A stretch of 64,000 bases of DNA from Candidatus Bathyarchaeia archaeon (lineage in GTDB: Archaea; Thermoproteota; Bathyarchaeia; Bathyarchaeales; Bathycorpusculaceae), in the NCBI GenBank assembly GCA_050012255.1, contig JBEKHN010000007.1, positions 45,005-109,004 of the forward strand. The letters are read 5' to 3'. Of this stretch, positions 31,521 to 40,885 are shown in pieces. How positions within the stretch are numbered: the stretch's first letter is position 1; the number at the start of each line of letters is the position of its first letter. A model generated the notes under the pieces. That model searched no databases. It was not told the origin of the DNA and saw only the letters and a program-made list of their open reading frames with translations. Made by a program: the position numbers and the translations under genes.

Positions 31521-32075
31521 TTAATTCTCTGAAAGCGTTTTCAATCCATGTGATTTCAGTGGTTCAATGATGCTGGGTCTGCTCAGTATTCGCAGAACCG
31601 CGTAACCTATCACTGCGATAGCGACGAGACTGCTGACCAAAAGGCTGATCAGCGTCGTGATCCAAGCTGGCAAGAACGCGAGCTCTGCAGGTTGATAAGG
31701 AAAGGATATCCACAGATACCCGCCCCCAACGATGATTCCTATAGGCGAAGCACCTGCGATGCATGCTAGCAACTTATGCTTCTTCAGTAACAATACGAGG
31801 CTTGCCGCCATAAGATTGGCTAGGGAACCGAAGACTACGTCAATGAACCCTATGGGTCCGAAAACATTAACAACAGCGCATCCGGCAGTGACTCCAATAA
31901 CGACAGGCAATCCTAACAAAGCAGCTAATGCGATCAGAAAGTCTGAGAGCCGCAATTGTATAGGTCCATAGATTGAAGGATTTCCGAAAGGAGAAAACGA
32001 CTGTGCCAAGTTGATCGTGGCGTACAATGCTGCAAAAACGGCTGTCAACGCCAAGTCTCTACTGTCAAATCTTAT
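31521..32075 (-). CDS. queT: QueT family (queuosine/archaeosine-precursor) transporter, ECF S-component; probable ATA start
   Basis: AVFAALY...YGPIQLRLSD...GC...N...D...GSLANL motif. SD GGAGGTGA 4 nt before ATA 32075. ORF-track start is GTG 32126. Confidence 0.8.
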   Translation of the reverse strand: MRFDSRDLALTAVFAALYATINLAQSFSPFGNPSIYGPIQLRLSDFLIALAALLGLPVVIGVTAGCAVVNVFGPIGFIDVVFGSLANLMAASLVLLLKKHKLLACIAGASPIGIIVGGGYLWISFPYQPAELAFLPAWITTLISLLVSSLVAIAVIGYAVLRILSRPSIIEPLKSHGLKTLSEN

Positions 32076-32142
32076 CCTTTCACCTCCTGCGCCGGGATTT
32101 CTATGGCGGAACGGGTGGAGGTCCACTCACCCGCCTTGCACC
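32076..32142 (-). promoter_or_regulatory. Structured 5' leader of queT, candidate riboswitch
   Basis: GGUGCAAGGCGGGUGAGUGGACCUCCACCCGUUCCGCCAUAGAAAUCCCGGCGCAGGAGGUGAAAGG. Hairpins plus ACCUCC complementary to the SD GGAGGU. TATA-like TTTAATAA at 32161-32168. Confidence 0.55.
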
Positions 32143-32284
32143 TAAGAAGACCACAGATGTTTATTAAACATTGCTGAGACTCGCATACTAGCATTCATCG
32201 CATGAGCGTTCAGGATAGAAAATCAGGCTGAGGCCATCAAGCAGACTTCACAAGCAGTCGCCGAAGACCGCATCACAGTATTTG

Positions 32285-32351
32285 CTGCAGAAAAAAACCG
32301 AGGGGGGTAGACGTGTTAGACGAGTAAAAACGCGAAACAGGGAATGTTAAC
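32285..32351. repeat. Dispersed intergenic repeat, degenerate copy D (inverted)
   Basis: Reverse complement GTTAACATTCCCTGTTTCGCGTTTTTACTCGTCTAACACGTCTACCCCCCTCGGTTTTTTTCTGCAG matches the copy A core. Confidence 0.7.
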
Positions 32352-32425
32352 GGATCGATGGAGAAACGCGTAGCAAGAAGTAACCGTGGGACATCAATAA
32401 GCGCCGTGAAAACACGTTTCAAACA

Positions 32426-33301
32426 CTATTTCAACATTAACAATCTGAGAACGAGAGCAACAGAAGTTGACGCTGCGACCAAAAGCGAGACCAGCAACAC
32501 CACCTGCCGCTCGGTCAAGGAACGATGAAACGTGAGAAGGGTGACCAAGCTTCGCCTGTGATCTGAGGACAGCTTTTTCCCATCAAAAGAGACAGCGGCC
32601 TTGGCTCTATAGATGAAGAAAGTCAGCAATATCAACGCAGAATTGAAGATGTAGGGCAGAACAGACACGACCAGGTCCAACTTCAAATCCGATATGACCC
32701 CGAAAGAAGCCAACGTCATCCCTATGGTGAAAGACCCCGTGTTGCCAACGAAGATCTTCCCCTCAAAGTTTAGAGCAGCAAGGATAAGCCACACGACCAG
32801 AGGAACGTAAAGCAATACTCCATTTGACCCTGACATAGCCATCAACCCGATCATAATTATCGCTGGACAGACTGTCTCCAAACCGTTCAACCCGCCCAGC
32901 TGATTCACCGTATTCGTCACTATCGTCACAAGCACCGGAACTATCACAAGGTAGTACCACACTCCGAAGTCGACCGTACCCAACAATGGAATTGCGATAT
33001 ACGTACGAACTAGGGGAGTGTGATACGCGAAGGCAGCAAGAGGCATTGCAGCAACCAGAGGAAGAAACGCTTTGAAACGCCACTTTAGATCTATCCAGTC
33101 ATCCAGCAATCCCATGAAGCCTCCGAACAACACGCACACGGCCAGCGTCAAGGGCGGAGAAACCCCGTTTGAGACTTTGACAATGTCTAAAGAGTACAGG
33201 AGAAACAAGTACACAACGCTGATCAGGACGTAGAAGATACCGAGGCCGTTAGAAACCAAAGGCTTGTTTGGTTTGTGCAGGTCAGGAGCCTTAGGAAACA
33301 A
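32426..33301 (-). CDS. UDP-GlcNAc:dolichol-phosphate GlcNAc-1-P transferase (AglH/Alg7/MraY family)
   Basis: DLHKP, GLLDDW, NTVNQLGGLNGLE, KIFVGNTGS; downstream of aglB. Confidence 0.85.
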   Translation of the reverse strand: MFPKAPDLHKPNKPLVSNGLGIFYVLISVVYLFLLYSLDIVKVSNGVSPPLTLAVCVLFGGFMGLLDDWIDLKWRFKAFLPLVAAMPLAAFAYHTPLVRTYIAIPLLGTVDFGVWYYLVIVPVLVTIVTNTVNQLGGLNGLETVCPAIIMIGLMAMSGSNGVLLYVPLVVWLILAALNFEGKIFVGNTGSFTIGMTLASFGVISDLKLDLVVSVLPYIFNSALILLTFFIYRAKAAVSFDGKKLSSDHRRSLVTLLTFHRSLTERQVVLLVSLLVAASTSVALVLRLLMLK

Positions 33302-33313
33302 GGACGTTCCCCT

Positions 33314-35578
33314 TTAAGCATTCGGATAATCTTGGTAGTATTTTTGCCAGTCGATCTTGTAGAGACACACAAGTGGAACAAGCCCGCTGTAACTGCTCTG
33401 TGAGTCACTGGGCGTCAAAGTCTCCCCTGAGAAGAACTCTTCCTTGAAGTATATGGGCTGCGTAACGTTGGCCGCATCAGGGTCTGTAACGCCGTTGACC
33501 TGACACCAACGGTCTTTGCCCCAACTCATAAGCTCATAAACCGTTGAGTTTAACCCAACATTGTTCCACTGCCATGCGTTGGTCGTGTTGCTGAATGAAC
33601 CGAAGGAAGTCTCATTCTGCCAAGAAGAGGCCTTGTCAATAAAATTGTTATCTATGAATCGCTGCTGCGCGTTTCCGGAGATCTTTGCCATCCAAGTCCA
33701 TTTTCCGTTGTCGCCGCCCGCCCAGTCAACCCAGCCTCCTTGATAATTAGCAGTGACGAACACGAGTATGTATTCCGCTCCGTACTGCTTCAACATATTC
33801 ATCGAATAAGTCTCGTTTGCCATAAAAACGAACCCAGCATTTTCTATCTGTGTAGTGTTAATCGTGGCGTTGTCCGTAAGCGTGGTGACATTTCCTAGGA
33901 TGCTTAGCCAGTACCCATAGTCCCACCAACTGACCACAACAGTAGAAGAGCTATGGAAATCATTCACGTATTTCAGCATGTCGAACCACTCTGTCACAGG
34001 CCGATTGGGCGCTACCGACATACTGCCTCCTGTGATCGTAACTGGCGTGTAAGCTTGTCTGTAGACTATCGGCACCCCGCCAGATTGCGGCGAAAATGCC
34101 AGGTTTGTCATCAAAACTAAGAAAATCAGGAAAATGGCAGCCCCGCTGAACTCTTTTCCCACATGCTCCAGCGCTTTCCTTTTTCCAGTCAATCTCAGCG
34201 GTTCCTTCAACAGCGTCACAAACGGTTTGGACAGACTCACTATTCCGATGGCTGCCACAAGAGCGAACGCCGGGGCCAGAATGACCATTACACGCACCAT
34301 GGATGCAGCAAAGTAGACGGATGTTAAAGCGAAGAGTAGCATGAAAAGATTTTTGGTGGTGAGGTTTCTTGCAATGAAGAATAGACCCACGAGGAAGAAG
34401 AGTATCGCTATGCCAAGGTCGTAGTATATTGAACCCCAAGTAGACATTCTATGTTCAGCCACAGACTCTATTAGAGGGTTAGTTCCCCGCAGAAGTGGAT
34501 TAATGACAACCCAGAACTTTGCCCCTATGGCTCCTAAGAAGCCCGTCACCGTGAGCACGATGAAGCTGCCGATTATCCCGGCCACGAAGGCTACGATAAA
34601 CATGAACTTTTCTCTAGCAGAAGTCAAATTGTTCACGATCTCGTTCAGACAAAGGAGAACAAAGACTCCTGCAACGGGCAAGATAGCAGAGGAAACAACG
34701 AAAGCGGGTCCGACTTCAGTTCGGGTGCTTATGGCAAAGAGTAAACTCGGCCCAAAGGTCAAACCGTACACTAAGAAAAGACGTCTCGAGTATCTCTTGA
34801 CCAGAAGTAAAACGAAAACGAAGAGGGCGGCCAAATCAATTATATAGTATGATGCGCCCCATCCGAGAACGAAGTATGTTAAGACAGCAGCCGACCCAAG
34901 TGAGTAGCCAACCGTTGAATTGATCGGCCTTTCTTCTTCAACGGCTCTGAGGAAAAAAAGAATGAAAGCTGGAAGTGCAAAGATGCCAACGTTTTCGGTC
35001 GTAAAGAAGCCCAGCGTAATCTTCGTGATAACGGCTGGGCTTATCGCCAAGAAAAGTGCTGCAAGCAAGCCGACAGGTTTTCCCCCTAAGTCTTTTCCGA
35101 GGAAGTAGAGCGCAAAGGCTCCAAGGGCAACCATTAATGGAGGGATCATCGCAAGAAAGGCCATCAAGTCGATGTTGAAGCCCAGGAACCTAACGATGTC
35201 GTAGGAAACAGCCGCAACAAATACCAATGCTGGATAGGAGTTCCCCATGTTTATTCCGCCTGGGAACCAGCGCTGCGTGTCAACCCATTGCGTAGGCCAG
35301 TAGGGCGATAGCAGACCTTGCTCCGTCATTCGTTTCACCAGACTGTACTGGTAGTACGGGTCAAATTCTGAAAGATGGATTGCGCCCGCCTGTATCTCCC
35401 AACGCAGTGGCAGTACGCGTATGGTGAATGCCAAGAAAACGATGAGCAGCAAGGCTGAAGACGTCAGGATTGAACTGTGGTTCACTTTGAGTCTTAGTTT
35501 TCCCAGACTCTTTATGCCGTTGACAAAACTCTCCTTGGATAGGACGCTGCTGAGCTTCACTTTCGGTTCATCTCTCAC
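33314..35578 (-). CDS. aglB: Oligosaccharyltransferase AglB/STT3
   Basis: EFDPYY, SVAEH, WWDYGYW, DNAT motifs; multi-TM N-terminus. Confidence 0.96.
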   Translation of the reverse strand: MRDEPKVKLSSVLSKESFVNGIKSLGKLRLKVNHSSILTSSALLLIVFLAFTIRVLPLRWEIQAGAIHLSEFDPYYQYSLVKRMTEQGLLSPYWPTQWVDTQRWFPGGINMGNSYPALVFVAAVSYDIVRFLGFNIDLMAFLAMIPPLMVALGAFALYFLGKDLGGKPVGLLAALFLAISPAVITKITLGFFTTENVGIFALPAFILFFLRAVEEERPINSTVGYSLGSAAVLTYFVLGWGASYYIIDLAALFVFVLLLVKRYSRRLFLVYGLTFGPSLLFAISTRTEVGPAFVVSSAILPVAGVFVLLCLNEIVNNLTSAREKFMFIVAFVAGIIGSFIVLTVTGFLGAIGAKFWVVINPLLRGTNPLIESVAEHRMSTWGSIYYDLGIAILFFLVGLFFIARNLTTKNLFMLLFALTSVYFAASMVRVMVILAPAFALVAAIGIVSLSKPFVTLLKEPLRLTGKRKALEHVGKEFSGAAIFLIFLVLMTNLAFSPQSGGVPIVYRQAYTPVTITGGSMSVAPNRPVTEWFDMLKYVNDFHSSSTVVVSWWDYGYWLSILGNVTTLTDNATINTTQIENAGFVFMANETYSMNMLKQYGAEYILVFVTANYQGGWVDWAGGDNGKWTWMAKISGNAQQRFIDNNFIDKASSWQNETSFGSFSNTTNAWQWNNVGLNSTVYELMSWGKDRWCQVNGVTDPDAANVTQPIYFKEEFFSGETLTPSDSQSSYSGLVPLVCLYKIDWQKYYQDYPNA

Positions 35579-35691
35579 ACAATTCTGAGGTGTTTTATTT
35601 TCCTTGCGATTAGTTAACGTCTAGGAAGTGCTGACAAGAGAAACGCCGTTCATATATACCTTTCCAATGTTTAAACAACCTGAAACAGACA

Positions 35692-36840
35692 CTACGCTCG
35701 TTGAATTTTCCGCTTGTAACCGTATTTTTCAGGGTCGTAGAGCGGAAATGCTTCTATCTTGCCCTTCATCATCCTGCCGCGTATGTTCACTTCTACCAGT
35801 GCCCCTTCTTGGGCATGCGATGTTTGAACGTATCCCATACCTACGCCGCACTTGAGAAGTGGTGAAAAAGTACCACTCGTAATCTGACCAATCTTTTCCC
35901 CTGTAGCTGAGTGAATTTCGAAACCTGGCCTAGGTATTCCTTGATCTGTCATTTCTATTCCAACACGTTTTCTTTTCCATCCCTCAGTTTTCTGTTTAAG
36001 CAACGCTTCTTTTCCAATGAACTCCCCCTTCTGCAGCTTCACGACAAAGCCAAGCCCTGCCTCTAGAGGCGTTGTGTTCTCATCGATGTCGTTTCCGTAG
36101 AGACACAGGCCAGCTTCAAGTCGGAGTGTGTCTCTGGCCCCTAGGCCGCAGGGTTCTATTCCGAAGTTCTTGCCGGCTTCAATAATGGCGTTCCACACTT
36201 TCACTGCCAAGTCTGGCTTCTCCAGTGAAGCGTTCCATACGAAGACTTCGAAACCGTCTTCGCCACTGTAGCCTGTTCGAGAAAGAAAAACGTCCGTGTC
36301 TGCCAGACTCGGATGACCACACTTGAACCTTCCAATTTTGCTCAAGTCTTCACTGGAGGTTTTCTGAAGTGTTTTCTCTGCGTTCGGACCTTGAACTGCA
36401 AACATGGCCACGTTGCCAGACAAGTCCTCGATCCTCACGGTGAAGCCCTTCGCATTCTTGATAAACCAGTCGTAATCTTTCTCACGATTGCTCGCGTTGA
36501 AGACTACTAGGAACTTCTCTGTTTCCAGCCGGTACACGACAAAGTCGTCTACTATGCCGCCGGTTTGAGTGCACATGACCGAATACTGGGCACTGTTCGG
36601 TGAGAGGGTTGAGACATCGTTCGTTATCACGTGGTTCAGAAAGCGCTCTGAATCAGCGCCCGTAACGATCACGCGTCCCATGTGGCTGATGTCAAAAATG
36701 CCGACGCTGTTGCGAACAGCCATATGTTCAGGTGCTATGTCTTTGTAGTAAACTGGCATTTCAAAGCCTGCGAAGACTGTTAGTTTAGCTGTTTTCAGGT
36801 GCACTTGGTACAGTTGTGTTCTGCGGGTTGTTTCGTTCAA
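35692..36840 (-). CDS. gcvT: Glycine cleavage system aminomethyltransferase T
   Basis: FAGFEMP, FDISHMG, RTGYSGEDGFE, GLGARDTLRLEAG. Confidence 0.95.
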   Translation of the reverse strand: MNETTRRTQLYQVHLKTAKLTVFAGFEMPVYYKDIAPEHMAVRNSVGIFDISHMGRVIVTGADSERFLNHVITNDVSTLSPNSAQYSVMCTQTGGIVDDFVVYRLETEKFLVVFNASNREKDYDWFIKNAKGFTVRIEDLSGNVAMFAVQGPNAEKTLQKTSSEDLSKIGRFKCGHPSLADTDVFLSRTGYSGEDGFEVFVWNASLEKPDLAVKVWNAIIEAGKNFGIEPCGLGARDTLRLEAGLCLYGNDIDENTTPLEAGLGFVVKLQKGEFIGKEALLKQKTEGWKRKRVGIEMTDQGIPRPGFEIHSATGEKIGQITSGTFSPLLKCGVGMGYVQTSHAQEGALVEVNIRGRMMKGKIEAFPLYDPEKYGYKRKIQRA

Positions 36841-36860
36841 GCCTCTGTCCTCTTTGAAAA

Positions 36861-37025
36861 CTACTTGAAAGGCTTCACGTCCACGTCAATGGGTACGAGG
36901 GAGAGCTTCTTCCCGCACTTGGGACATTTTCCCTCGAGCTCGTGCAATATTTCATCAGGAGGCCGCAGTTCGGCACCTGCGTACAATACGTGACCGCATC
37001 CTTCACAAGCAACTCGTTGAGGCAT
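36861..37025 (-). CDS. Small zinc-ribbon protein (54 aa)
   Basis: Below ORF-track cutoff: MPQRVACEGCGHVLYAGAELRPPDEILHELEGKCPKCGKKLSLVPIDVDVKPFK; SD AGGAG upstream. Confidence 0.8.
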   Translation of the reverse strand: MPQRVACEGCGHVLYAGAELRPPDEILHELEGKCPKCGKKLSLVPIDVDVKPFK

Positions 37026-37210
37026 GACAACTGTGCTCCTTGTGGTGACAAAAGAACTAAACGACCATGACGTATTTATCGGTTGCTGGGCAAGAAACTC
37101 TGCACTGTTTTAAGAAGGATGAAAACGTGCCAGCCCGCTGGCCAGCGAATGTGATCCCATCCAATATCAGCATAGGCGGCTCAGGATGCCTGACTCTGTA
37201 TAACACGCAC

Positions 37211-37277
37211 GTTCCCCGTATTCGCATTTTCACCAGTCCATTTTGCCTTCCCACCTCCACCTAGGCTTTTTCTGCAG
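37211..37277. repeat. Dispersed intergenic repeat, degenerate copy C
   Basis: GTTCCCCGTATTCGCATTTTCACCAGTCCATTTTGCCTTCCCACCTCCACCTAGGCTTTTTCTGCAG matches the A/B core. Confidence 0.72.
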
Positions 37278-37368
37278 CTGGCACTGATGACACGGCCTCA
37301 GGGGGGACAATGGTGAAGTCTTCTTGTTAGTTGAGTTGCCGTTCTAACCATTAAGGTCGAACCGTGTG

Positions 37369-37480
37369 CTACTTTGCCATCTTCAATGGCTTCCTGCAAC
37401 AGGCAAGGAGGCTCGCAGCTTCCAAACCTTGACCTTGTTACTGTATGTTTCACGCCGACAAACTCACGTAATTTCGCCAT
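37369..37480 (-). pseudogene. Decayed desulforedoxin-like (desulfoferrodoxin FeS4 domain) gene
   Basis: Frame-stitched MAKLRE / VCRRETYSNKVKV / LEAASLLACCRKPLKMAK* resembles the CxxCGNxVxV...L.CCGKPM pattern. Confidence 0.5.
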
Positions 37481-37623
37481 TTTTCAGCCTTCTTGACTCG
37501 TGCCAGTCTCCGAAAAAGACGCCATCGAATAATGAAGCCGCCAGCGCAGGCAAAATCTTAATTTCCTCTCAACCTTTACTTCAAACAAGATGCGGGAAGA
37601 AACATCAGCGGCTGGTACTACGT

Positions 37624-39702
37624 ATGGATAATTACACTCTGGTCATAACGGAGAAGCCGGATGCTGCACAAAGAATCGCCCTGGCCCTCGACAAAGGGGA
37701 AAAGCCTAGGAAACTGTCGGAAAATGGCGTGCCCTACTACGTAGCTAAGCGCAACGGCAGGGAAATAGTCGTAGTTCCAGCTTTGGGTCATTTGTACACG
37801 ATTGCTGCTGAGCGAAAGGGGAGAAACTACTACCCGGTTTTCAGTTTTAAATGGGTTCCGCGATACGTTGCCGACAGAAAAGCAACTCGGATTCGCAGCT
37901 GGCTTCAGACTATCACGACATTGGCAAAGAAAGCTGGAGCTTTTGTCGACGCTTGTGACTTCGACGTGGAAGGGTGCGTCATAGGATATTGCATACTTAA
38001 ATATGCTTGTGGCGCCAAGGAGCATGAATCCAAACGCATGAAATTCTCGACTCTAACTAAGCAGGAACTCGAAAAAGCCTACGCTGAACCGTTACCACAG
38101 CTAGATTTCGGCCTGATAGAAGCCGGGCTTACGAGGCACGAAGTCGATTGGCTGTGCGGTATAAACCTTTCAAGGGCCCTTACTGTCGCAACCAGAAAAT
38201 GGAGCGGGAAGTACGCAACATTAAGCACCGGAAGAGTTCAGGGCCCAACTCTAAAGTTTCTCGTTGTAAGAGAAGAGGCCATCAGAAGCTTCGTGCCGAC
38301 GCCATACTGGAAAATCAGAGCCCAAGTCGAAAAGGACGGCCGAGTGTTTGAAGCGAGATACGTGAAGGAAAGAATTGAGAACAAGAAAGAAGCGGAGACT
38401 ATAGCAAATTCCTGCAAAGATAAGAAAGGACAGATTGAAGAAATCGCCATCAGAGAATTCAAGCACCCACCACCGTTTCCATTTGACCTGGGCACTTTGC
38501 AAAGTGAGGCCTACAACCTGTTCAGCTTTGCGCCTCGACGCACCTTGAACTTAGCACAACAGCTGTACCTGGACGCGCTGATCTCTTATCCAAGAACCGA
38601 CAGCCAGAGGCTTCCATCGACTATAGACTATGCAACGATACTGAAAAACTTGGGAAAAGCCGAAGAGTATCACAAGCTTACGTCAGAACTTCTCTTGAAG
38701 CAGACACTCAAACCTAACGAGGGATACAAGGAAGACCCAGCACACCCAGCCATCTATCCGACTGGAAACTTGCCACGACGAGCTCTTGAAGCCTCCAAAA
38801 GGAAAGTCTGGGATCTAGTCGCCCGGAGGTTCCTAGCAGTTTTCAGCGAACCCGCGGCAAAGCAGAACATGAAAGTTTACGTCAAGATCAATGGCCACCG
38901 CTTTCACTTCAGCGGAAGACGAATATTGGTCCAGGGATGGATGCGCTACTATGAACCTTACGTTAAGTTTGATGAAGTGCTCCTACCGCCAACAAAAAAG
39001 GGACAGATCGTCAACGTCAAAAAGATAATCCTAGAAGAAGTGTTCAATGAACCACCTACACGGTACAATCCAAGTAGTCTGCTCAAGGATATGGAAGAAG
39101 CAAGAATTGGCACGAAAGCGACCAGAGCCGACATAATGCAAACGCTCTATGACCGGAGATACATTGAAGGCGAAAGAATAACTGTGACCAGCCTGGGGTT
39201 CGAAGTTTTTGATGTCCTAGAAAAACATTGTCCACAAGTCGTTTCCACAGCTTTGACGAGAGAACTCGAAGAAAAGATGGACAGAATTCGAGAGAACAGG
39301 GAAAAAAGGGAAGATGTTCTGACTGATGTCATCAGAATGCTTCACCCGTCGTTAGCAGCCTTCAAGCAAGAGGAGGAGGTCGTAGGTGAACAACTAAACG
39401 ATGCTTTGGAAAGGTCAAAGCTAGAAGAAAGGATCATTGGCACTTGCCCGGTGTGCAAAACTGGAAAACTCATTATAAACTACTCAAGGAAAACTGGCAA
39501 GCGTTTCGTCGGCTGCACAAGCTATTTTAAAGGGCTGTGCAAAACCTGTTTCCCGCTACCACAGAGAGGCACAGTGGGGTCAACTGGGAGAAATTGCCCT
39601 GCATGCGGTTGGCCAACTGTTGAAGTGCGTATGAAGAGGCGCCCGTGGGTTTTGTGTTTCAACTCTGAATGTCCGTCGAAAACAGGAAATAAAAGAAGTT
39701 GA
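37624..39702 (+). CDS. topA: DNA topoisomerase I (type IA)
   Basis: ITEKPDAA TOPRIM, GRVQGPTL, catalytic ISYPRTDS, C-terminal Zn ribbons. Start ATG 37624. Confidence 0.95.
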   Translation: MDNYTLVITEKPDAAQRIALALDKGEKPRKLSENGVPYYVAKRNGREIVVVPALGHLYTIAAERKGRNYYPVFSFKWVPRYVADRKATRIRSWLQTITTLAKKAGAFVDACDFDVEGCVIGYCILKYACGAKEHESKRMKFSTLTKQELEKAYAEPLPQLDFGLIEAGLTRHEVDWLCGINLSRALTVATRKWSGKYATLSTGRVQGPTLKFLVVREEAIRSFVPTPYWKIRAQVEKDGRVFEARYVKERIENKKEAETIANSCKDKKGQIEEIAIREFKHPPPFPFDLGTLQSEAYNLFSFAPRRTLNLAQQLYLDALISYPRTDSQRLPSTIDYATILKNLGKAEEYHKLTSELLLKQTLKPNEGYKEDPAHPAIYPTGNLPRRALEASKRKVWDLVARRFLAVFSEPAAKQNMKVYVKINGHRFHFSGRRILVQGWMRYYEPYVKFDEVLLPPTKKGQIVNVKKIILEEVFNEPPTRYNPSSLLKDMEEARIGTKATRADIMQTLYDRRYIEGERITVTSLGFEVFDVLEKHCPQVVSTALTRELEEKMDRIRENREKREDVLTDVIRMLHPSLAAFKQEEEVVGEQLNDALERSKLEERIIGTCPVCKTGKLIINYSRKTGKRFVGCTSYFKGLCKTCFPLPQRGTVGSTGRNCPACGWPTVEVRMKRRPWVLCFNSECPSKTGNKRS

Positions 39703-39932
39703 AATGTGCAATATGCGACAGAAAATCGCGCACAGGCAAGTATTGTAGGTCGCACGAGAAAGCATGCGAAAACATCGTTAGAAGTTATGAGCAGTGGAGA
39801 AAGGCATTAGAGATTTCTTGGAAAGAGTATTTAAGTCAGATTGCCAACAATCCATTAACAGGAGAATGGACGGTAGAAGTCGTCCAACATCTGTTGAAAA
39901 GTGGAGAGCAGTCAAATGTCAAGAACGGTTAA
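39699..39932 (+). CDS. Small conserved Zn-finger-like protein
   Basis: CAIC...YCRSH; overlaps the topA stop. Confidence 0.7.
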   Translation: MKCAICDRKSRTGKYCRSHEKACENIVRSYEQWRKALEISWKEYLSQIANNPLTGEWTVEVVQHLLKSGEQSNVKNG

Positions 39933-40341
39933 GAAAAGCATCTCTTCGTTGTCATTTTCACTAAACAAACTTTATAGGATGATCTCGACGACAAGACCAT
40001 CAAATCTCTTAATTCCACTGCTCTCGATAGGTTTTGCCGTGTTTTTGTTCGGAGGCGGGCTGTACGACTTGATAATGAAACCGCTTCCAGCAGTCTATTA
40101 TGGTGGGCGATTCCTGTTTCTCTACCCGTCGCTTTCCGAGCAGTTCATAGGCGACAGCATCGTTTCCATAACTGTCTACGCCCTTGGAATAATCGGCTTG
40201 CTGGCAGTATATCAGAGCACCAAGTATGTGTACAAGCCAAGACAAGCCTACATGATGTTGATCATAGGAATCGTTCTTGTGCTGTTGGCATACATATTTC
40301 TTGAAGCCTCAATACACTTTAAGTTGACCGGAGGCGCATGA
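39916..40341 (+). CDS. OST3/OST6 (OSTC/DC2-like) family membrane protein
   Basis: Three TM helices with GGGLYDLIMKP...QFIGDSIVS...LGIIGL, similar to the OSTC pattern GGIIYDVIVEP...QYIMEG...MGGLG. Confidence 0.65.
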   Translation: MSRTVKKSISSLSFSLNKLYRMISTTRPSNLLIPLLSIGFAVFLFGGGLYDLIMKPLPAVYYGGRFLFLYPSLSEQFIGDSIVSITVYALGIIGLLAVYQSTKYVYKPRQAYMMLIIGIVLVLLAYIFLEASIHFKLTGGA

Positions 40342-40358
40342 GAGTACATCGCCAAGCA

Positions 40359-40856
40359 TTACCAAGGATTACTTTTTAGCCTCAACTTGTACGCAGCGAA
40401 GTTTGTTAACAGATGAATGGGAGGAGTAATGACTAGAACTGTGACACACAGCTCCCAACTCCACGCCATGGAAAGAGGAAACGAGAAAAGAATCGCGCCT
40501 AATATGAAGTCTAGTTGATCCACAACTGGCAACCGCCCGCCTGGAGGAATGGCAAGTCTCCGCTTTACAAAGGCTCCAGCCAAGTCTCCAAACAGAGCGC
40601 CCAAAGACAGCAGCAAACCAAACATGATGTGATAATTGAAGACCAAACTCTCTGCCAAACCTGCCACCGTTCCGACAGCCAGCCCGGCAAAAAAACCTCG
40701 AAAAGTCTTGTTTTTCCCGAACACAGGTCTTCCATCAGGAAGCTTTTTCCCAAAATCCATAGCTGGCCCACCACCAGCAAGTACAGGAACGGCATTCGCA
40801 CAATACGCAGGAAATATAAACTCTAGCGCTCGAACGACTATCTGAACTAAGTCCAT
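40359..40856 (-). CDS. carS: CDP-archaeol synthase
   Basis: PAYCANA, DGRPVFGKNKTFRG, GDLAGAFVKRR, DQLDF. Confidence 0.93.
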   Translation of the reverse strand: MDLVQIVVRALEFIFPAYCANAVPVLAGGGPAMDFGKKLPDGRPVFGKNKTFRGFFAGLAVGTVAGLAESLVFNYHIMFGLLLSLGALFGDLAGAFVKRRLAIPPGGRLPVVDQLDFILGAILFSFPLSMAWSWELCVTVLVITPPIHLLTNFAAYKLRLKSNPW

Positions 40857-40885
40857 TCTCCATACTCCGTTTAATAAGGCTGATA

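Noticed and set aside
32085-32112. tRNA gene or fragment (AAATCCCGGC looks like a T-arm)
   Set aside because: No GTTC T-loop or cloverleaf; better explained as the queT leader.
37285-37335. C/D box sRNA (TGATGA...TGGTGA...TTGA)
   Set aside because: No canonical CTGA D box, and no guide target can be verified.
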